Source of the DNA: Octopus sinensis
Lineage: Eukaryota
Length of the DNA stretch: 64,000 bases
Direction: 5' to 3'
Assembly: GCF_006345805.1 (NCBI RefSeq)
Contig: NC_043000.1
Span: 109,492,001 to 109,556,000, forward strand
Below the pieces are notes generated by a model. That model was not told the DNA's origin. It ran no database searches and saw nothing but the letters and a program-made list of their open reading frames with translations. Both the position numbers and the translations under genes were made by a program. Within the stretch, counting starts at the first letter, position 1, and the number at the start of each line of letters is the position of its first letter. Shown piece after piece: positions 27,161-42,056 of this stretch.

Positions 27161-27470
27161 TAAAAAAAACCCCAAATGTTTTAAGAATTTCTTCGATAGG
27201 CAAGAACTGTGCCGTTTGTAGGTCACATGCAATATTTGGAATAAAGATTATCGGCAAAGATAAGAGAGTCTTTATTTTTGTTTGTTTTTGTGTCTCATTA
27301 ATTTTATGCTTTCAACAAACGTTTTTTGCTGGAAATTTCGTGGGTTTTGCTTAAATATTTTCAGCGATTTTAGTTCGCGATTATTAACGGAGTAAAAGAA
27401 TCAACGGTGAAAAAGTCTTTTATATATTTTAAAAATGTCTTTTATCGTTTGATATTTCTTTCAAGACTTA

Positions 27471-27883
27471 GGGCGGTGAGCTGGAACCGTTAGCACGTCG
27501 GTCGAAATGCGTAGCCGTATTTCGTCGGCCGTTTCGTTCTGAGTTAAAATTCCGCCGAGGTCGACTTTGCCTTTCATCCTTTCGGGGTCGATTAAATAAA
27601 TACCAGTTACGCACTGGGGGCGATATAATCGACTTAATCCGTTTGTCTGTCCTTGTTTGTCCTCTCTGTGATTAGCCCCTTGTGGGTAGTAAAGAAATAG
27701 GTATTTCATCTGACGTTACGTTCTGAGTTAAAATTCCGCCGAGGTCGACTTTGCCTTTCATTCTTTCGGGGTCGATAAATTAAGTACCAGTTACGCACTG
27801 GGGTCGATATAATCGACTTAATCCGTTTGTCTGTCCTTGTTTGTCCTCTCTGTCTTTAGCCCCTTGTGGGTAGTAAAGAAATA
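27471..27883 (+). mobile_element. SINE family C partial dimer with Tx1-like tail
   Basis: Unit repeated from GGTATTTC; both units end TTTGTCCTCTCTGT..TAGCCCCTTGTGGGTAGTAAAGAAATA. Confidence 0.9.
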
Positions 27884-28454
27884 TATTTAAAATAACAATA
27901 ATGAATTTTGTCCATAATCTCCGTTCATTACATATGCATACAACTCAATACACACACACGTTTGTGCATATATATGATTACATAAACAAATAGACATAAT
28001 CTACTCCCACAATTCTATAGAAAGATATATCTTGTAATGAATGCATAGCGTTGAATGACCATTTCAGGGCCACCACGTACTATTGTCAACAGTGAGAGAA
28101 ATGTCATGCTTCGAACAGCTGTCACAGCTCACTGTACTTAAAAGAAACATAACTCACTTAAACAACCGCCATCTTTCTAGGGTCACAAACGCAAATATTG
28201 AAATATTCTATGGACAACAGAGTAATTCTATCCCACGACGAACGAGAGATAATAGAGTGCATTATCCTAGAATATGGTAAACTGCAAATCGCAACAGAAT
28301 CCAATTTACATTTTCATCTTTTATTTTATGCAAACCAATAAAATAAGTCCAAATATGAACTGAAATTTATTTAACCGATTCTATCATTGTTCATCCTTTG
28401 TCGCTAAATTCGTGAATTTATGCCTCAATAAATAATTATCCGTAGGGAAAATAA

Positions 28455-28838
28455 AGCTGGCAGAAACGTTAGCATGCCGGGCAAAATGCATAGCGGTATT
28501 TCGTCTGCCGTTACATTCTGAGTACAAATTCTGCTGAGGTCGACTTTGCTTTTCATCCTTTCGGGGTCGATAAATAAGAACCAGTTATGCACTGGGGTCG
28601 ATATAATCGACTTAATCCGTTTGTCTGTCCTTGTTTGTCCTCTCTGTGTTTAATCCCTTGTGGACTAAAGAAATAGGTATTTCATCTGTCTTTACGTTCT
28701 GAGTTAAAATTCCGCTGAGGTTAGCTTTGACTTTCATCCTTTCGGGGTCGATAACATAAGTACTAGTGGTGTACTGGGGTTGATGTAATCGACTTACCCC
28801 TTCCCTCCAAATTTCAGCCCTTGTAGATAAGGATTATT
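28455..28838 (+). mobile_element. SINE family C dimer (first unit Tx1-like tail, second unit ATT-type tail)
   Basis: AGCTGGCAGAAACGTTAGC head, then two bodies with different tails. Confidence 0.85.
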
Positions 28839-29790
28839 AGCGGGGGTGGGGGGATCGATGGAGGCGAAAAGCAGCAGAGCGTCTAACGATTTTGTCAACC
28901 CACTGCCCTTCAAACATGTATTTTTACAAAAATGCTCAATATTGAGTTATCGAGCTTCAAGCAGTTCTATATTGATTTTAAAATTGCACGTTGCATTAAT
29001 GAAGGAGAGTGTCGTTTGTCACAGGTTGCCAACAAACAGATCGTTGGTTTATTAAATTTGCGACGGCAATTGTGACAAAGGGTTTTCGGTGTCATCTGTA
29101 TAAAACAAAGGGATTTTTCTCGGTATTGGTCTCGCATAAGGGACACACAGACACACATTTACTATTGACAGGGGTGATCTGGGAAAAATTTTGTTGCTAT
29201 TTGCAACAGGTCCAGCGACAATGTAATGACTCCATTGTTATAAGAAGCCAACAAAGAATTGAAACCGAGTCGCAGTGTCAACTCGACCAAAGTTCATCTT
29301 TCTCCTACCCAGCACCCGTCTCCTCCGAACATCCTCCTCCTCCTTCTTCACGACAGCAAACTATGCGATGTTATCTTGCGTCGCTGCCCACAACATTGTT
29401 TATATATTTCGTTCTGTTTCGTTACCAAGAAATTAGCTTTCAGTGGGCCGTACGTCAGTCGGAGTTGTCTTAAAGTTTATAATATATAACTTTGGTGCCT
29501 GTTTTTTGCGTTAATGTCCATAGTTAAGCGATTTTCAAACACTGGTGCGTGAAACATAACACTGCGTATGATAAATCAACATTGTCTTCTTCACATCCTC
29601 AAATATATTCTCAATATCTCCTTTCTCTCGTCTGTCCATCAGGCCATCTTTTCATTCGTTGCTTCGTTCCTTCGTTCGTCAAGCCAGGCAGTAACCCTCT
29701 ACCCTCAATCTCTATCATTCGCCTAACGCCCTCTCTTACTTTCTATATCTCTAGCCATCATCCATGCCAACCAACCAACTACTACTACTA

Positions 29791-29877
<87 letters not shown>

Positions 29878-30284
29878 TGCTGCGCTTATTGTTGTGGTTG
29901 CCCCCCCCCTATATCAGCCATTACCAAGCATATTTATACCAGACCCTTCTATTAGAAATACTTTACACAGATTCTGGGACTGCAATATTCAAAACTTCTT
30001 TCCCCATTTGTTTTTAATATGGCATATTTGAGGGAGATTTAGTTGCTATTTCTTGTAGGTCGAGCGGCTATGAAAGTGTTGTTGCTGTTATTGTTGAGGT
30101 GGTTCTTTAGGCTCGTATCAGTCCTAGACAAGCAAACTTTTACCCTTTCATTTACAGTTTATATATATTCTAAGGCTACGATATTCAGAACTATTCCCCT
30201 TTTTGAACGCAGTGGGTGTGATTTGAGGTTGATTTAGCTATTATTTCTTGCAGAAATAACAGCGAAATCTCCTGAGAGCAATCT

Positions 30285-30640
30285 TCTATTATAGCCCTGG
30301 GCCGACCAATGCCTTGTGAATGGATTTGATGGATGGAAACTGAAAGAATTCCATCATATATGTGGGCTTGTGTGAATGTGTGTGGTTGTGTATGTGTGTG
30401 TGCGTGTGCATGCGTGAGTGTGTATTTGCGTTTGTACCTGTCCACCATCACTGTTTGACAAGCGGTGCTGGTTTGTTTACGTCCCTATAACTTTAGAGTC
30501 CCTATAACAAAAGAGAAAACGATAGAGAAGATACCAGACTTTGAAAAACAAATGAGAACTGAATCCAGTTTGTTCAACTAAGCCTCTTAAGGCGCTTGCC
30601 CCAGCGTGGCCGCAGTCCCGTCACCGAAACAAGTAAAAAA
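30285..30640 (+). mobile_element. 5'-truncated family A SINE
   Basis: TATAGCCCTGGGCCGACCAATGCCTTGTG..GGCCGCAGTC..GAAACAAGTAAAA. Confidence 0.75.
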
Positions 30641-31059
30641 TAGAAGGTACATACTCAAATGATTTACAGGTTCACAAGTAAATATGAGCAACGACCCCTC
30701 GTTGAAAAAAAGTGTCAGAAACTTTTGAAGGGGTTCGGTTGGAAGTAGGACTCAATGCAGTCTTATAATTTGCCGTGTTTAGAAGCTTACAAGAAGAAGA
30801 GAGAAGTAATTACGTGCGTCAGTGTAACAGGTACGATTCGCTTCTGGTTGGTGAGGTGAGAGGATGTAATGTCTGGCAGGTTTGCTTCCTATTTCTAGCC
30901 GGTCTCATGTCCCCGTAACATGCTCTTTCGTTGGTTCGTTGGTTCCTCCTCCCCCTCCCCTCCCCCTCCCCTCCTCCCCTCCTCCTCCTCCTCCTCCTCC
31001 TCATCATCATCATCATCATCAACAACAACAACAACAACAACAACAACCTCCAGTACATT

Positions 31060-31953
31060 ACTGTCTCGAGTCCTAGGACACAGAGGGCCAGTCACCCGGT
31101 TTCCATGGTGCGTAAGTGACTGTGATCATACGGTCCACATTGAAGGGGACGCCGGGCCTTTGAGGAGTGACACCTTTTATAACTGAAGGGAACGGAGCAA
31201 TAGGAAACGAAATGTTTTGGTCAAAGACATAACGCACTACATGGTCTGGAATCGAAACCTCGGTCTTGAAATCGTTGGTGCAACACCCTAATGGTTAGGT
31301 CACGCGCCTTCGACACAGATACGTTTCTTGTAAAATGGAGAAATGCAGAGTTTTGTGTCTTAGGACTTATGGAGCCAGTTACCCAGTTGTGAGGCTAAGA
31401 TCACAAAATTGCCCTTGAAGAGGGCGCCAGCCTGTCTGTTGTAAAGTTACTCATTCACAACTGAGGAGTAAACCGGAAGAACTTACGGACAAAATGTATC
31501 ATCGCCCAGTCCGGGAAAAGAAACCACGATCTTACGATCATGAGCGCCACACCGTGAACACTAGGCCACGAACCGATGCAGAATAAGGATCGTAACAAAG
31601 CTTTTTACTCATGTGTGATTTTTGTTCTTAATTTTCTCTTTTTGTGATGTTTAAAAGAATAGTGGGGGAGGGGGGGAGACGGCCATTTTTGGGCGGTGGT
31701 GGGAGTTAAAGGAGAAAGAAATAAATGAAATATTTGCACAAGTGACATCAAATAATAAACAGTTTTAAGGGAAACCCAATTTCCCATGCCCCCTTCTTTC
31801 TTCTTCTTCTTCTTCTTCTTCTTCTTCATTGTTTCTATCACTATTAAGTAACCGATTGCGTTCTTTTGTTTTTGGAAGCTGATAGCAGAGCCTCGTATTT
31901 CCCCACTCCTCCTCCTCCTCCTCCTCATCATCATCATCATCATCATCACCACC

Positions 31954-32006
<53 letters not shown>

Positions 32007-32130
32007 TGTAATTGTCATCTCCTCCCCACTGTCCTTCCCCATCCTCCTCAGCGTCGTCATGATCTTCATCATATAAGTCATTATCATCAGCGTCGTCGTC
32101 CATGCCATAATGAATTCGATAATTTGTGTA

Positions 32131-32163
<33 letters not shown>

Positions 32164-32750
32164 GAGGGTGGGGGAGCGATTGTTGTCCCAGCATTGGGCT
32201 CGTACTTCTCTTATCAACCCCGAAAGGGTGAAATGCAAAGTTGACCCCAAGCTACAAAGACACGGGCATTTTATCCACAACTCCGCTAATCGATCTCCTT
32301 ATACGGGACCATCTCACAGGTCAAGAAACACCGTCTGCCAGGCGACCATGACTCCCTAATAAATAACAGGACAAATTATAGAAGCTACTCTAAGAAGAGA
32401 AGATGGGAAGACGCTCTGGAGTGAAATTGGGAACATGATATCCAGGCTGGAGACAGGCGTGGGATGGAAGTTTCTGCAGGGAACTTGTCCATAATTTCTA
32501 TCTCAGATTGCTGCTCATGTGAGATCCCGTGAGCTAGTGGTGAGGGCGTTGCATTTTTGATAGCAAGACCATGGTTTCGATCCCGACATCGTGAGCAAAA
32601 CACTTCGTTTCACACTCTTCCAGTCCCACCAGTTGTAAATGAATAACTCTGCAAAGGACTGGCGTCCCGTCCAGAGGAGATGTGATCTTGGTCACTTATT
32701 CGTCACAGAAACCGTGGGGTAACCGATCACACGAGTCATAGAACTCGAGA
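31060..32750. mobile_element. Old family B-related SINEs (31060-31310 minus, 31360-31570 minus, 32520-32750 plus)
   Basis: tRNA B-box GTTTCGAT(T/C)CC, AAAACA(C/T)TTC, GGACTGGCGTCCCGTCCAG and GAAACC blocks. Confidence 0.6.
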
Positions 32751-33373
32751 CCATATTCAGGATTGTTTTTATATTCCTGCTCATAGAGTTAAAAATGAAT
32801 TGAGAAATTTATTGAGTAAAATTTTGGTTCTTAGGGTTTTCGCGTGTAACCCCTTCGAGAATTCGCCTGTCATTGAGACCTGAATAGGTTTTCTTCTTTT
32901 GATATCTTAAGTGTTGAAATGAAATCGTTTAGGAGGTTGTCTTCTACAGCAACTTGTCTACAACAGCGGAACTGAAGACAAAACAATGGTTGAAGAACAC
33001 AAAAGGGTAACACGAGACTCTAAGGTAAAACAACAACAACAATAACAGCAGAAGCAACAGCAACAACAACAACAACAACACAACAACAACAACAACAACA
33101 ACAACAACAGCAACAACAAAAACAACAACAGCAATTACAACTACAAAAATGACAGCAGCAACAATAACTACAACAGAAGGAGAGATTTTAGAAAAGAAGA
33201 AAAATGATGGCAATGATGATGATGATGATGATGTTGATGATGAAGATGGTGATGATAAAGAAGGAGGAGGAGGAGGGAGATGAAAGTAAGAATAAGTGGA
33301 AGATGAAGACCACAGATGTTCAACTAAAAGTAAAATGAACAAGAATCAAGAGGTACCACCACCACCATCGCAG

Positions 33374-33410
<37 letters not shown>

Positions 33411-35265
33411 GACTACTAGTCGTGATAATTGTGATAGTAGAGAAAGATAATGGTAAATATGATGTTGATGATGATGATGATGTTGATGATGGTAAGGAGT
33501 AACGTTGATGTATTGACTTGGTTAAATTCGATGGAATCTTAAAGAAAAAATCACACACACAACCCCCTCCCCCACAAAAACACAAAATAAACACAAAGAA
33601 AACAAACAAAAGAAGTAAACGTAAAAACAATAAAAACTCCCACCCTAACCACCCGCTTTCCCTACCAAATGACAAAGCATAACAGAAGAAAGAAAAGAAG
33701 AAGAAAAACAAAAGCTAGAAGAGGATGTCTAAGAGAAGAAGAGCAAGGCAAGGAATGTTGTGTTGGCAAATTTCTTATTTTGGCATCGAGAATTCTTGTG
33801 TTGTAATGGACAAATTCTGACAAAGAAGAGACGAAGAACTACAACTTGTGTAAGTTAGAAAGAGACATCGATGCTACAGCCTCGCTCTGAGAATGTAAAA
33901 GAACATCTCTTTGTTGTTGTTGTTGTTGTGGTGGTGGTGGTGATGGTGATGGTGCAGTCGGCTTTTGCTATTGTTTTGTAGGCTATTGAGGGGGGTGGGT
34001 GGGCTGAAGGTGATGGCGTTGATGTTGATGATGATGATGGTGATGATGATGGTCGTGGTGGTGGTGGTGGTGATATTATTGTTGGTGTTGTTGCTGTTGT
34101 TATCAGTGATATCGTTGTAAGCTTTCTTTGTCATTTTTTGCAAATTCTTTTGCGATACATACATACACACATACATACATACATACAAACACACACATAC
34201 ATACATACATACATACATAATACATACACACATACATACATGCAAACACACATACATACATAAATACACACATACATACATACATACACACACACATACA
34301 TACATACATACATACATACATACACACACATACATACATACATACATACACACACATACATACATACATACATACACACACATACATACATACATACATA
34401 CACACATACATACATACATACATACATACATACACACACATACATACATACATACACACACACATACATACATACAAACATTCTCATACATACATACATA
34501 CATACATACATACATACATACTACATACATACATAATACATACACACATACATACATACATACACACACATACATACATACATACATACATGCATACATA
34601 CATACATACATACATACATACATACATACATAGACAGACATACACATACATACATACATAATACATACACACACATACATATATACATACACATACACAT
34701 ACGTACATACATATATACATACATACTCAAACACACACATATTCATATACACGCACACTTACATACGATCACACGTGTACAGCATAGGTATGTACCCACA
34801 TTCGTACATATATACGCTCACGTGAATAGCATAGAGATATACAGACCTTCGTTTATGCATACACACACATATTATGAGCAAAGACAGAAAGAGAAAGATC
34901 ACAGGAAAAAGAGAGGGGGAAGGAGTGAAGGAGAGAGAAGGGGATAGAGAGGGGTGTAGGGGTAGGGAGAGAGAGATGAAGCATGAAATTCAAAATAGAC
35001 AAAGAAAGAAGGGGAAAATGAGAAAACAGAAAATAGAATAAGAGAGAAAAGAGAAGAGATAGATAGATAGATAGAGAGAGAGTGAGTGAAGAGAGTGGGG
35101 GTGGAGAAATATTTGGAAAGTAAGAAATTAAGAAGAAAAATAAAAGGACTGGAAGTGACATACGTATAACCGTGGTGGTGGTGGTGATGGTGGGAGTGTT
35201 GGTGTGCTTTATCGTGACGACGGTTGTAACGCTGATAGTTTGGTGACATTTATTGTGATGATGAA

Positions 35266-35480
35266 GGCGACGAGTTGGCAGAAGCGTTAGCACGAAGGGC
35301 AAACTGCTGAGCGGTTGTGTCGTCTGTTCCTACGTTCCGAGTTCTAGTTTCGCAGAGGTCGACTTTGCTTTCATCCTTTGGGGGGTCGATAAATTAAGTA
35401 CCAGTTGCGTACTGGGGTCGATTTAACCGACTAGCCCCCCCTCCTCCCACTAAAACTTCGGGCCTTGAGTAGAAAAGATT
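35266..35480 (+). mobile_element. SINE family C (ATT-type tail)
   Basis: GGCGACGAGTTGGCAGAAGCGTTAGC..GAGGTCGACTTTGC..GGGCCTTGAGTAGAAAAGATT. Confidence 0.8.
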
Positions 35481-35749
35481 TATAGCGATGATGGTGTTGG
35501 TGGTGACGCTGGTAGTTTCGGGGATGTTCATGGGGGCGATGGGGGTGGCAGTGGGGGTTAGGGTTGACAACAGTCGTCATGTTGTTTGTTGGTAGTCATA
35601 ATGTCGGCAGTAATGACATTTCTTTCTCAACTGCAAAGTATTTAATGCATGTTTATGATATAATGGTGAATGCGTAGAACAGATCGGATGTTAAGAAAAG
35701 AATTCCTTCATATTTATGAACGACAGCTGAAAAGGGGAACCAAACAAGT

Positions 35750-36490
35750 TATGTGTGCTCTACTCCAAAATGTATTCTACTTGAACATTTATTCTACTTC
35801 AATGTACTCTACCCCAATGTACTCTACATTGATATGTACTCTATTTCAGTACACAACTTACTTCACAGTGTTCTATTTCAATGTATATTTTACTGCGACA
35901 TGTGCCTTACTTCAATTTGTACTCTATTTTAATATACAGCATCCTTCCTTCGATATACTCCACTTCATCATGTACTTCGATATATTTTTACTTCAATCTG
36001 TGTCTTACTTCAAAATGTACTTCAAAATGTACTTTCTTGAAGTATATACTCTATTTCAACATGCACTCTATCTCAGGGCGGTGAGCTGGCAGAAACGTTA
36101 GCACTCCGGGCGAAATGCTTAATGGTATTTCGTCTGCCGTTACGTTCTGAGTTCAAATTCCGCCGAGGTCGACTTTGCCTTTCATCCTTTCGGGGTCGAT
36201 AAATTAAGTGCCAGTTACACACTGGGGTCACTATCATCGACTTAATCTGCTTGTCTGTCCTTGTTTGACCCCTCTGTGTTTAGCCCCTTGTAAATCAATT
36301 GCCCCCTCCCCCAAAATTTCGGGCCTTGTACTTAGAGTAGAAAAGAAAAAAAAAACATGCACTCAGTCCCAATAAGTACTCTATTTGAACACATATTCTA
36401 CCACATTATATATTCTACTTTATAGCACAATCTACTTCAACGTACTCTACTTTGATATGTACTCTACGTTCATATGTACTCCTCTTTAAT
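35750..36490. repeat. Degenerate 16-18-bp minisatellite (ATGTACTCTACTTCAA) interrupted by a SINE C copy (36078-36345)
   Basis: Over 20 degenerate units, e.g. ATGTATTCTACTTGAAC, ATGTACTCTACCCCA, ATGTACTCTATTTCAG, continuing after the SINE. Confidence 0.75.
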
Positions 36491-37379
36491 AACAGGTTTT
36501 GTGTTTGAAGATTACATGTGTTTTAAGATTTCCAGGAACCGATACAAATTGGTCATGCTATTAGTTAGAGGCGACGTTATTGATAATCTTCATTTTAGAA
36601 TTATGTATTAATGGCCCTGAGATAGCAAGCCTACAAGCAAAAAGCGTTCCAGCTGTGACCATTTTTATATCCTAGACAAACGGTGGATTTATAATTAAAC
36701 GAATTATTCACAAGACGTACTTCGCGAGATTCCAAAGCGCCCTCTCAGCGACTCCAACCGATCTTCTTGTCGCTACTCTTTAAAAAAGTTCGGCTAGTCC
36801 ATTATTCCAACCCGCAGGGGTGTCGATGACTCTCACCACAACATCTTTATTTTTCTTTCGTCACGACCGTCGTTTCTTTTACATTTACATTATCCAGTGA
36901 ATCCTTTTCTTTAAAGACAGTAGTTGTGGTTTATTGGAGATAGGGTTGTTGCTGACTTCTAAGAATTAGGATCGACCGCGTTTAGGTTCTCTCGATGACT
37001 CGATCTAGTGTTGCTGTTTGTGTCGGAGTTGTTGGTCTTGATCATTGCAGGAATGGCAGTGATATTGGTCGTATTGGGGATATCGTAGCTGTTGTTATCA
37101 TTGTCGTTGCTATTTGTTTTGCTTCAAGTCGAACCGATTAAGCTACCTTATGATTTAAGAGCCACCGGCCTCACACCATGGTCTGAACATGATTGGTATC
37201 CAGTGGTGGTGATGGTGGTGCTATGGAAAAGTTCATTTCGCAACCACGTGGTATTAAGTTCCATTCCGCTGAGCGTTCAGCCGTACACTGCCAGTCGTGT
37301 GAGTTGTGCGAGCGAATAGTCAATGTTAGTGGGTATTATACCCCTTGTAATGCTAGTACTGGTAGTAGTAGTAGTATTG

Positions 37380-37435
<56 letters not shown>

Positions 37436-38352
37436 GTTTTTCCTTCTTTCTTCAAATTTTCTTCCGTTTATTGCCGAGTGTTTTCCATACACTTAGGGCA
37501 GAGAAGCTCATTGTATGCATTCCCAGATTACACACGCAAATTCACAGATAAAATATGTATTTAAAAATTAATAAATAAATAAATTGATGGATGGATGTTA
37601 TTTTCACAGCAATAATGCTCTTCTCAGTACATGAGCCGTTCCAGTTAATACGATTCTTTGCACTTCCTGTAGGAACGGTAGGCCTGGAATCATTTTCAAA
37701 TAGGTTTCAGTACGGTTTTTTTTTTATCATTCCTAGAGATCCTACAATCACTGGTACTGTAGTCGCCTTGAGATGCCACATTTTTTCAATTTCTATTAGC
37801 AGGTCTTTATATTTACTAATCTTGTCAAATTCTTTCGCCGCTATATTGTGATCACAGGGAATACTCATGTCAATTAATAAACACTTCTTTTTTGTCTGAT
37901 CTTTTATAATAATATCCGGTTTATTAGCTTTTATAGTCTTGTCGGCACATTTTCTCCCTCAGTCACGGCTTCAGGATGGTGTTTATACCATTTGTCAGCG
38001 GTTTTGATTTTATTGTCCAATGTAAATACTGGCCGACTCTATAATACCGACATATTGTCCAATGTAAATACTGGCCGACTCTGTCATGTCTTGCTTTATA
38101 TTCTGCAGGTGCTAAGACTCTACACCCTGAGATTAGGTGGTCTATTGTTTCAATCTCATCGTTACAGAATCGGCATTTTGGGTCAGCTCCAATTTTTATC
38201 ACATTGGCTTGGTAGTTCCGGGTTAATAAGCTTTGGTCTTGAGCAGCTAATATGAAACCTTCACTCTCTGCTTTTAGCCCTGAGCTTCGTAACCATTGGT
38301 GCGTGTGTTTCTGGTCGACATCAGCTTGTTTGCTACGGGCCACATACTTGCC
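37436..38352 (-). mobile_element. R4/Dong-like LINE, 5'-truncated (CCHC finger plus RLE), inside (TAA)n
   Basis: THQWLRSSGLKAESEGFILAAQDQSLLTRNY..CRFCNDEIETIDHLISGC..RHDRVGQYLHW; ANKPDIIIKD..LLIDMSIPCD..KISKYKDL..VPVIVGSLG. (ATT)n at 37380-37435 and 38353-38380. Confidence 0.92.
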
Positions 38353-38380
38353 ATATTATCATTATTATTATTATTATTAT

Positions 38381-38962
<582 letters not shown>

Positions 38963-39585
38963 TGGAGTAGTTGTAGTAGTAGTAGAGGTGGTGATAATGG
39001 GGCTGGTGTTTTGGCGGTTGTTCAGTTCAAGGTTGAGCCGGTGTTAGGATCAAAGGCTTTGATCATCCAGCCGTGATCAATAACCACAGCCTTTGATCAA
39101 ACTTGTTTAGAAAAGACATTGCCCCACGTTCCTTCATTTCTAAGACTTAACGTGTGGTGTGAATGATATGTGACTACTGTTTCCAACAGGTCGATGTACA
39201 TGTATTCTCTTGATGTACCGAGTGAAGGTGGTGTTGGGAGTTCTAGACAAAAGGGTCTTTTATTTAGATCCTATTAAAGATGGATAAGGTGAGAAAGAGT
39301 GAGCAACAGAGGTGGGGGGGAAGCAGGTAGTGTTGTTATAGTTTTGGATAGATTGCTTTGTGCTAACCGTATCGGCTCTCGGCTCTTTGGGTTCAATTAC
39401 AGCTGAAGTGAAATTTTATTTTCATTCTCCCAGAAGAAATCACTCGTGGTCAAACCAGAGTCGGAAGGGATCTGCCAAGTCGGAAGGGATCTGTCAAGTC
39501 TGAAAGAAATGATCAAAACGCACCGTATAGCAAAACAGTGACCCTGTAACATCATCAAGTAGTTGAGGGGCCAAGACGAGAAAGG

Positions 39586-39616
<31 letters not shown>

Positions 39617-39818
39617 AGAGAGAGAAAAGAAAGAAAGAGAGAGGGAGAGATAGAGAAATAGAGGGTGAGAGAGATGGAACTGTAACGGGGATGAGACGAT
39701 TTGGTGTAGGTGTTTGGGCGCAAACGGCTGAGTAGATATTCAACCTGCTTCTGCAACAGTACGTAATGACACTGGAGGCAAACTCATGCGAGTGTGCAGA
39801 AATATTACACATACAGAT

Positions 39819-39859
<41 letters not shown>

Positions 39860-39996
39860 GAGTAGAAGAGAGAAGGGCGAGACGGAGGGTGAAGGGAGAG
39901 ATAGAGAGACATTGCAATTTATTTATTGAACACGATTGGCATAAACACTTCCCTCTCTCTTCTTATACAAACAAAAATCTGCTCACGCACCTAAAC

Positions 39997-40076
<80 letters not shown>

Positions 40077-41061
40077 GGAGCAATATTAAAATGAGAGAAA
40101 TATTAAACATCTGGTGTGAAATAAGTCAGCGTCGGATCAGCGGTGCCAAACTGACAGCGAAAAACAGCTGCGCCAAAACGTCTCATGACTAACAGTGGAC
40201 ATACGATGGAGATAAGGTTAAGAAACAGGGTGCAAGAATGTGGCTTGGCTGTGGGAAGAGGGAGAAGTGCGTACAGGGAGAGAAAGAGTGAGAGAGTGAA
40301 GTGTGGCGAAGAAGAGAGAAATAGAGACTAAGATACATGGAGAAGGAAGAAAATATGGAAATGTAGAAGAAATAGCGAAGAAAATGAAGGTAGACATTGA
40401 AATAAGGTGAGGCGGGGAGAGGGAGAGAGAGAGAGGGAGAGAGAGGAGGAGAAGGAAGAGAGGAATAACAATTGCAATAAAGAGGAATGAGAATATGGAA
40501 ATTATACACACACACATACACACACATATGTACATTTATATATACATACACATTCGCACACAGATATGTGCGTGTACACATGCATACCTACACACACATA
40601 CAAGCACACACAAGCATACACATACATAAATACATGCTTCTATATATATTTATACAGGTATACATACACACATGCATGCATACATACATATACAGATATG
40701 CATACATACATACATACATACATACATACATACATACATACATACATACATACATACATGCATATATATATATATATACATGTATATATATATATATATA
40801 TATGCATGTATGCATGTAAGTATATATATATATATGCATGTATGTATGTAAGTATGTATGTATGTGCGTATGTATGTATGTATATATGTATGTATGTATG
40901 TATGTGTGTATGTATGCATGTGTTTATGTATGTATGATGTATGCATGCATGTATCTATGTATGTATGTCTGTATGTATGTATGTGTGTGTATGTATGTAT
41001 GTATGTATGTATGTGTGTGTATGTATGTATGTATGTATTTATGTATGTATGTATGTGTGTA

Positions 41062-41094
<33 letters not shown>

Positions 41095-41602
41095 ATGTAT
41101 GCATGTATGTATGTGTGTGTGTGTATATGTATAAATCTCTCATGCCCCTCACTGCTCACTTTCGATGAGGCTGTGTTGGGAATGTTATCCGAAAGGTCAA
41201 AGTTAAGATTTGTTGCCAGAATTTCAAGTTGTTTACTTTCCTTTCCTTCCTTCCTTCTTTCCTTCCATCCTTCCCTACTTTCTGTCTTCCTTTCTTTCTT
41301 TCCCCATATTCTTACATCATCATCATCATCATCGCCATGCCCATCATCGTCAACAGCAAATGTACTGCATTTCAGTTTCTAACCTCTGCAAGCCACACTA
41401 CCCCACCACACTTCAGGCCGCCGTTCTTTTAACTCAGAATGCTTCTGTATCCTATTATAGACTTGCCGATTTACTCTCCGTCCAAATACGCTCATATATG
41501 CAACAGCATACGCATACATACTCACGTGCGTAAACACATACATACATAAGTACGTACATATATTAATATATTTGCATCGGCGTATACTGAAACACACACA
41601 CA

Positions 41603-41640
<38 letters not shown>

Positions 41641-41847
41641 AGAGGTACAAAGATACGATACAATAAAACAATAAACAAGACTCTTTTCTCTATTTTGCTA
41701 TATATATATATATATATAAATGGTAAGACAACAAAAGAATGAAAGAGACCTCAATATCATGTAATTAGAGGAATTTATCTGTAAATGTAACCGAATAATT
41801 GTCACATATTACATTTACAGATCTATCTATCTATCTATCTATCTATA

Positions 41848-41894
<47 letters not shown>

Positions 41895-42025
41895 ATGTAA
41901 TATGGCTGGCTTATTAGCAATTTAACAACCTAAAGGCAAATTTATAGACGTCTCTAATGTGACAGCATCTACTAAGTGGGACCAGCATTGCTAGAAATAA
42001 GAGTCAAAACCATCGCCACAGAAGC

Positions 42026-42056
<31 letters not shown>

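Noticed and set aside
29009-29473. 154-aa non-repetitive ORF
   Set aside because: Non-ATG start, no recognisable domain and no clear splice sites. More likely non-coding.
35750-36490. Possible CRISPR-like array
   Set aside because: Units are abutting and degenerate with no unique spacers, there are no cas genes, and the context is eukaryotic.
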